DNA of 24,000 nucleotides, taken from positions 1 through 24,000 of the forward strand of contig JBBAAD010000001.1 of assembly GCA_041658505.1 (NCBI GenBank), written 5' to 3'. The stretch comes from a bacterium (GTDB lineage Bacteria; Desulfobacterota; Deferrimicrobia; Deferrimicrobiales; Deferrimicrobiaceae). Below, piece by piece: positions 21,729-24,000 of the stretch. The stretch's first letter is position 1. The number at the start of each line of letters is the position of its first letter. A model generated the notes under the pieces. It did no database searches, was not told the DNA's origin, and was given only the letters and a program-made list of their open reading frames with translations. A program made the translations under genes and the position numbers.

Positions 21729-24000
21729 TCATATGCTACTGCCCGCACCGAACCGGTTCAACAGGTTTTTCGCCGCCGCCAGGATCTCCGCGGGATCCGG
21801 GCCGGGAAGGCGCATCGCGAGGATCTCCCCGCGAACGAAGGAGAAGGTCTTCCGCTCCCGCGTCACCCAGGAGACAAGTTTCGCCCGGTCGAACGGGGAG
21901 TGGGCGGAGAGGGTGAGGAACAGGGAGCCGTCCCCGCGCTTGAGCTCCGCCACTCCCGAGGAGCGCATCGCGGCGCGCATCCGCGCCAGGTCGCACAGCG
22001 CGCGGGCGGGGACGGGAAGCCGACCGAACCGGTCCAGCAGCGCCATCTCGATCTCGTCCGCGGCGTCCACGGTCTTCGCCGACGACAGCTTCCGGTAGAA
22101 CTCCAGGCGCTCCCCGGCCTCGTCGATGTAATCGTCCGGAAGGAACGCCGGGACGCGCAGCTCCAGTTCCGGCTCCTCCTCCTGCGAGGCGGCCTTCCCC
22201 GAGATCTCCGCCACCGCCTCGGAGAGGAGCTGCGTGTACAGCTCGTACCCCACCTGGTGGATCTGTCCCGACTGGTCCTTCCCGAGAAGGTTCCCCGCAC
22301 CCCGGATCTCGAGGTCGTGGGAGGCGATCCGGAACCCCGAGCCGAGCTCCGTGAGCTCCTCGAGCACGGCGAGCCGCCGGGTGGCGTCCCTGGTGAGGGC
22401 CACGTCCTTCGGGAGGATGAAGTACGCGTACGCCCGGTGGCGGTCGCGGCCCACGCGGCCCCGGAGCTGGTACAGCTGGGCCAGCCCGAACCGGTGCGCG
22501 TGGTTCACGAGGATCGTGTTCGCGTTGGGAAGGTCCAGCCCGGCCTCGATGATCGCGGTGCACAGGAGGATGTCGGCGCGACGCGCCGTGAAGTCGTCCA
22601 TGGCGACGGAAAGGGTCTCCTCGTCCATCTGCCCGTGCCCCACGGCGATCCGCGCGTCGGGGAGCAGCTCGCGCAGGTACCGCTCCATCGCGGGGAGGGT
22701 CTGCACCCGGTTGTGGACGAAGAAGACCTGCCCGCCCCGGCGGATCTCCCGATCCACCGCCTCGCGGATCGTCTCGCCCGAGAAGGGGACGACGAAGGTG
22801 CGGATCGAGAGCCGGTCCTCGGGGGGGGTGGCGATCAGGCTCACGTCCCGGATCCCGGAGAACGCCATGTGCAGCGTGCGCGGGATCGGCGTGGCCGACA
22901 GCGTCAGCACGTCGGCGGCGGCGCGCATTCTCTTCAACCGCTCCTTGTGCGCCACTCCGAACCGCTGCTCCTCGTCGATCACCACGAGCCCGAGGTTCCC
23001 GAACGTCACGTCCCTCTGCAGCAGCCGGTGCGTACCGATGACGACGTCCACCGTGCCGTTCGCCACCCCCTTCACCACCTCCGCCTGGTCCTTCCGGGTG
23101 CGGAACCGCGACAGGTTCGCCACCCGCACGGGGTACCCCGCGAGGCGGCGGGTGAACGTCTGGTAATGCTGCTCGGCCAGGATGGTCGTCGGAACCAGCA
23201 CCGCCGCCTGCTTCCCCGCCATCACCACCTGGAACGCCGCGCGGATCGCCACCTCGGTCTTGCCGTACCCCACGTCGCCGCAGACGAGCCGGTCCATCGG
23301 ACGGGGGGAGGAGAGGTCGGACAGCACCTCGCGGATCACCTGCTCCTGGTCCGGCGTCTCCTCGTGGGGGAACGCCGCCTCGAATTCCCGGAAGACCGCG
23401 TCGGGCGGCGAAACGGGAGCCTTCTCGGCCAGCTGGCGCTTCGCCTGCAGGTCCACCAGCTCCTGGGCCATCGCGAGCAGGTCGTCCCGCACCTTCCGCT
23501 TGGCGCGCTGCCACGCCGTCCCCCCCAGGCGCGACAGCTGCGCGCGCCCCTCCTCCGACGCCACGTACCGCTGCACCCGGGACATCTTCTCCACGGGGAT
23601 GAACAGCCGGTCGCCTCCCGCGTACTCGAGGACGAGGTAGTCCCCCTCCGTCCCGGCGGCCGTGCGCCGCAGGAGCCCGCGGTAGATCCCGATGCCGTGA
23701 TCCACGTGGACCGCGGGGTCGTTCACCCGCAGGTCCGCGAGCGAGAACTCCTCGGGGACGGCGATCCCCTCCTTCCGCGGGCGGCGCGCCCGGGCCTTCT
23801 CCCCGAAGATCTCGCTCTCGGTGACGATCGCCGCGCGAAGCTCCGGCGCGCGGAATCCCCGGGTGACCTCCGACCCGCACAGGAAGACCCCGCGGTCCCG
23901 GGACAGCGCCTCGCGCAGCGTGTCGACCCGGGAGAGCGGCACGGCGTACCGGGAGAGGAAATCCTCCATCCGGTCCACCTGCGACGGGGAGAGGGAGCTG
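21729..24000 (-). CDS. mfd: transcription-repair coupling factor, C-terminal ~755 aa (the frame stays open to the right edge)
   Basis: The CarD/TRCF RNAP-interaction region is VHVDHGIGIY...YLVLEYAGGDRLFIPVEKMSRVQRYV. The helicase motifs are GDVGYGKTEVA, VVIDEEQRFGV, LTLSATPIPRTL and QLRGRVGR. The frame has no stop upstream of the GTG at 23978, and about 400 N-terminal residues expected for Mfd are missing from the window. Confidence 0.97.
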   Translation of the reverse strand, partial: SSLSPSQVDRMEDFLSRYAVPLSRVDTLREALSRDRGVFLCGSEVTRGFRAPELRAAIVTESEIFGEKARARRPRKEGIAVPEEFSLADLRVNDPAVHVDHGIGIYRGLLRRTAAGTEGDYLVLEYAGGDRLFIPVEKMSRVQRYVASEEGRAQLSRLGGTAWQRAKRKVRDDLLAMAQELVDLQAKRQLAEKAPVSPPDAVFREFEAAFPHEETPDQEQVIREVLSDLSSPRPMDRLVCGDVGYGKTEVAIRAAFQVVMAGKQAAVLVPTTILAEQHYQTFTRRLAGYPVRVANLSRFRTRKDQAEVVKGVANGTVDVVIGTHRLLQRDVTFGNLGLVVIDEEQRFGVAHKERLKRMRAAADVLTLSATPIPRTLHMAFSGIRDVSLIATPPEDRLSIRTFVVPFSGETIREAVDREIRRGGQVFFVHNRVQTLPAMERYLRELLPDARIAVGHGQMDEETLSVAMDDFTARRADILLCTAIIEAGLDLPNANTILVNHAHRFGLAQLYQLRGRVGRDRHRAYAYFILPKDVALTRDATRRLAVLEELTELGSGFRIASHDLEIRGAGNLLGKDQSGQIHQVGYELYTQLLSEAVAEISGKAASQEEEPELELRVPAFLPDDYIDEAGERLEFYRKLSSAKTVDAADEIEMALLDRFGRLPVPARALCDLARMRAAMRSSGVAELKRGDGSLFLTLSAHSPFDRAKLVSWVTRERKTFSFVRGEILAMRLPGPDPAEILAAAKNLLNRFGAGSSI

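Noticed and set aside
21736-23880. A 714-aa minus-strand ORF in a second frame of the mfd region, plus the + strand ORFs 22234..23166 and 23182..23640.
   Set aside because: Mfd helicase and TRCF motifs are all in the 21729..24000 frame. The alternatives are R/G/P-rich.

Overview
This is a GC-rich chromosomal segment from a diderm bacterium. By eye it is about two-thirds G+C, with strong G/C bias at codon position 3. All calls rest on reading the ORF translations and the DNA by eye and recognising motifs from memory. No database or HMM search was run. Most of the window is housekeeping. It holds hemL, an F0-only ATP synthase cluster (atpZ-atpI-atpB-atpE) closed by a strong bidirectional terminator, and a P-type cation ATPase with two independent lesions (a frameshift in a C7 run and an in-frame loss of the TGES actuator segment). 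It also holds a DUF3109-like Cys-rich protein, an AraC-HTH/O6-alkylguanine methyltransferase fusion, a DUF3467-like protein, uvrA, pdxA, three tandem SurA/parvulin-type periplasmic chaperone genes, and mfd, which runs off the right edge. The one clearly accessory block is a six-gene minus-strand operon (3925-9836) for an archaic (Csu / spore-coat-protein-U type) chaperone-usher pilus. Its order is two SCPU pilins, an extra gene, a PapD-like chaperone, an usher, and a third SCPU subunit that lacks the N-terminal donor strand. The extra gene (7578-8678) is the most interesting object in the window. It encodes three tandem MshEN/T2SSE_N-like units (the c-di-GMP receptor architecture), then one TM helix, then a periplasmic beta-rich domain whose ends resemble the neighbouring pilins. 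This suggests second-messenger control of chaperone-usher pilus assembly from the inner membrane, a mechanism not known to me as described. A second unexplained signal is a collinear structured intergenic element of about 100-130 nt. It occurs twice (1770-1874 on +, 20590-20717 on -) with conserved stem arms and unrelated loops. The many long R/P/G-rich ORFs in the track are antisense or off-frame artefacts of high GC content.
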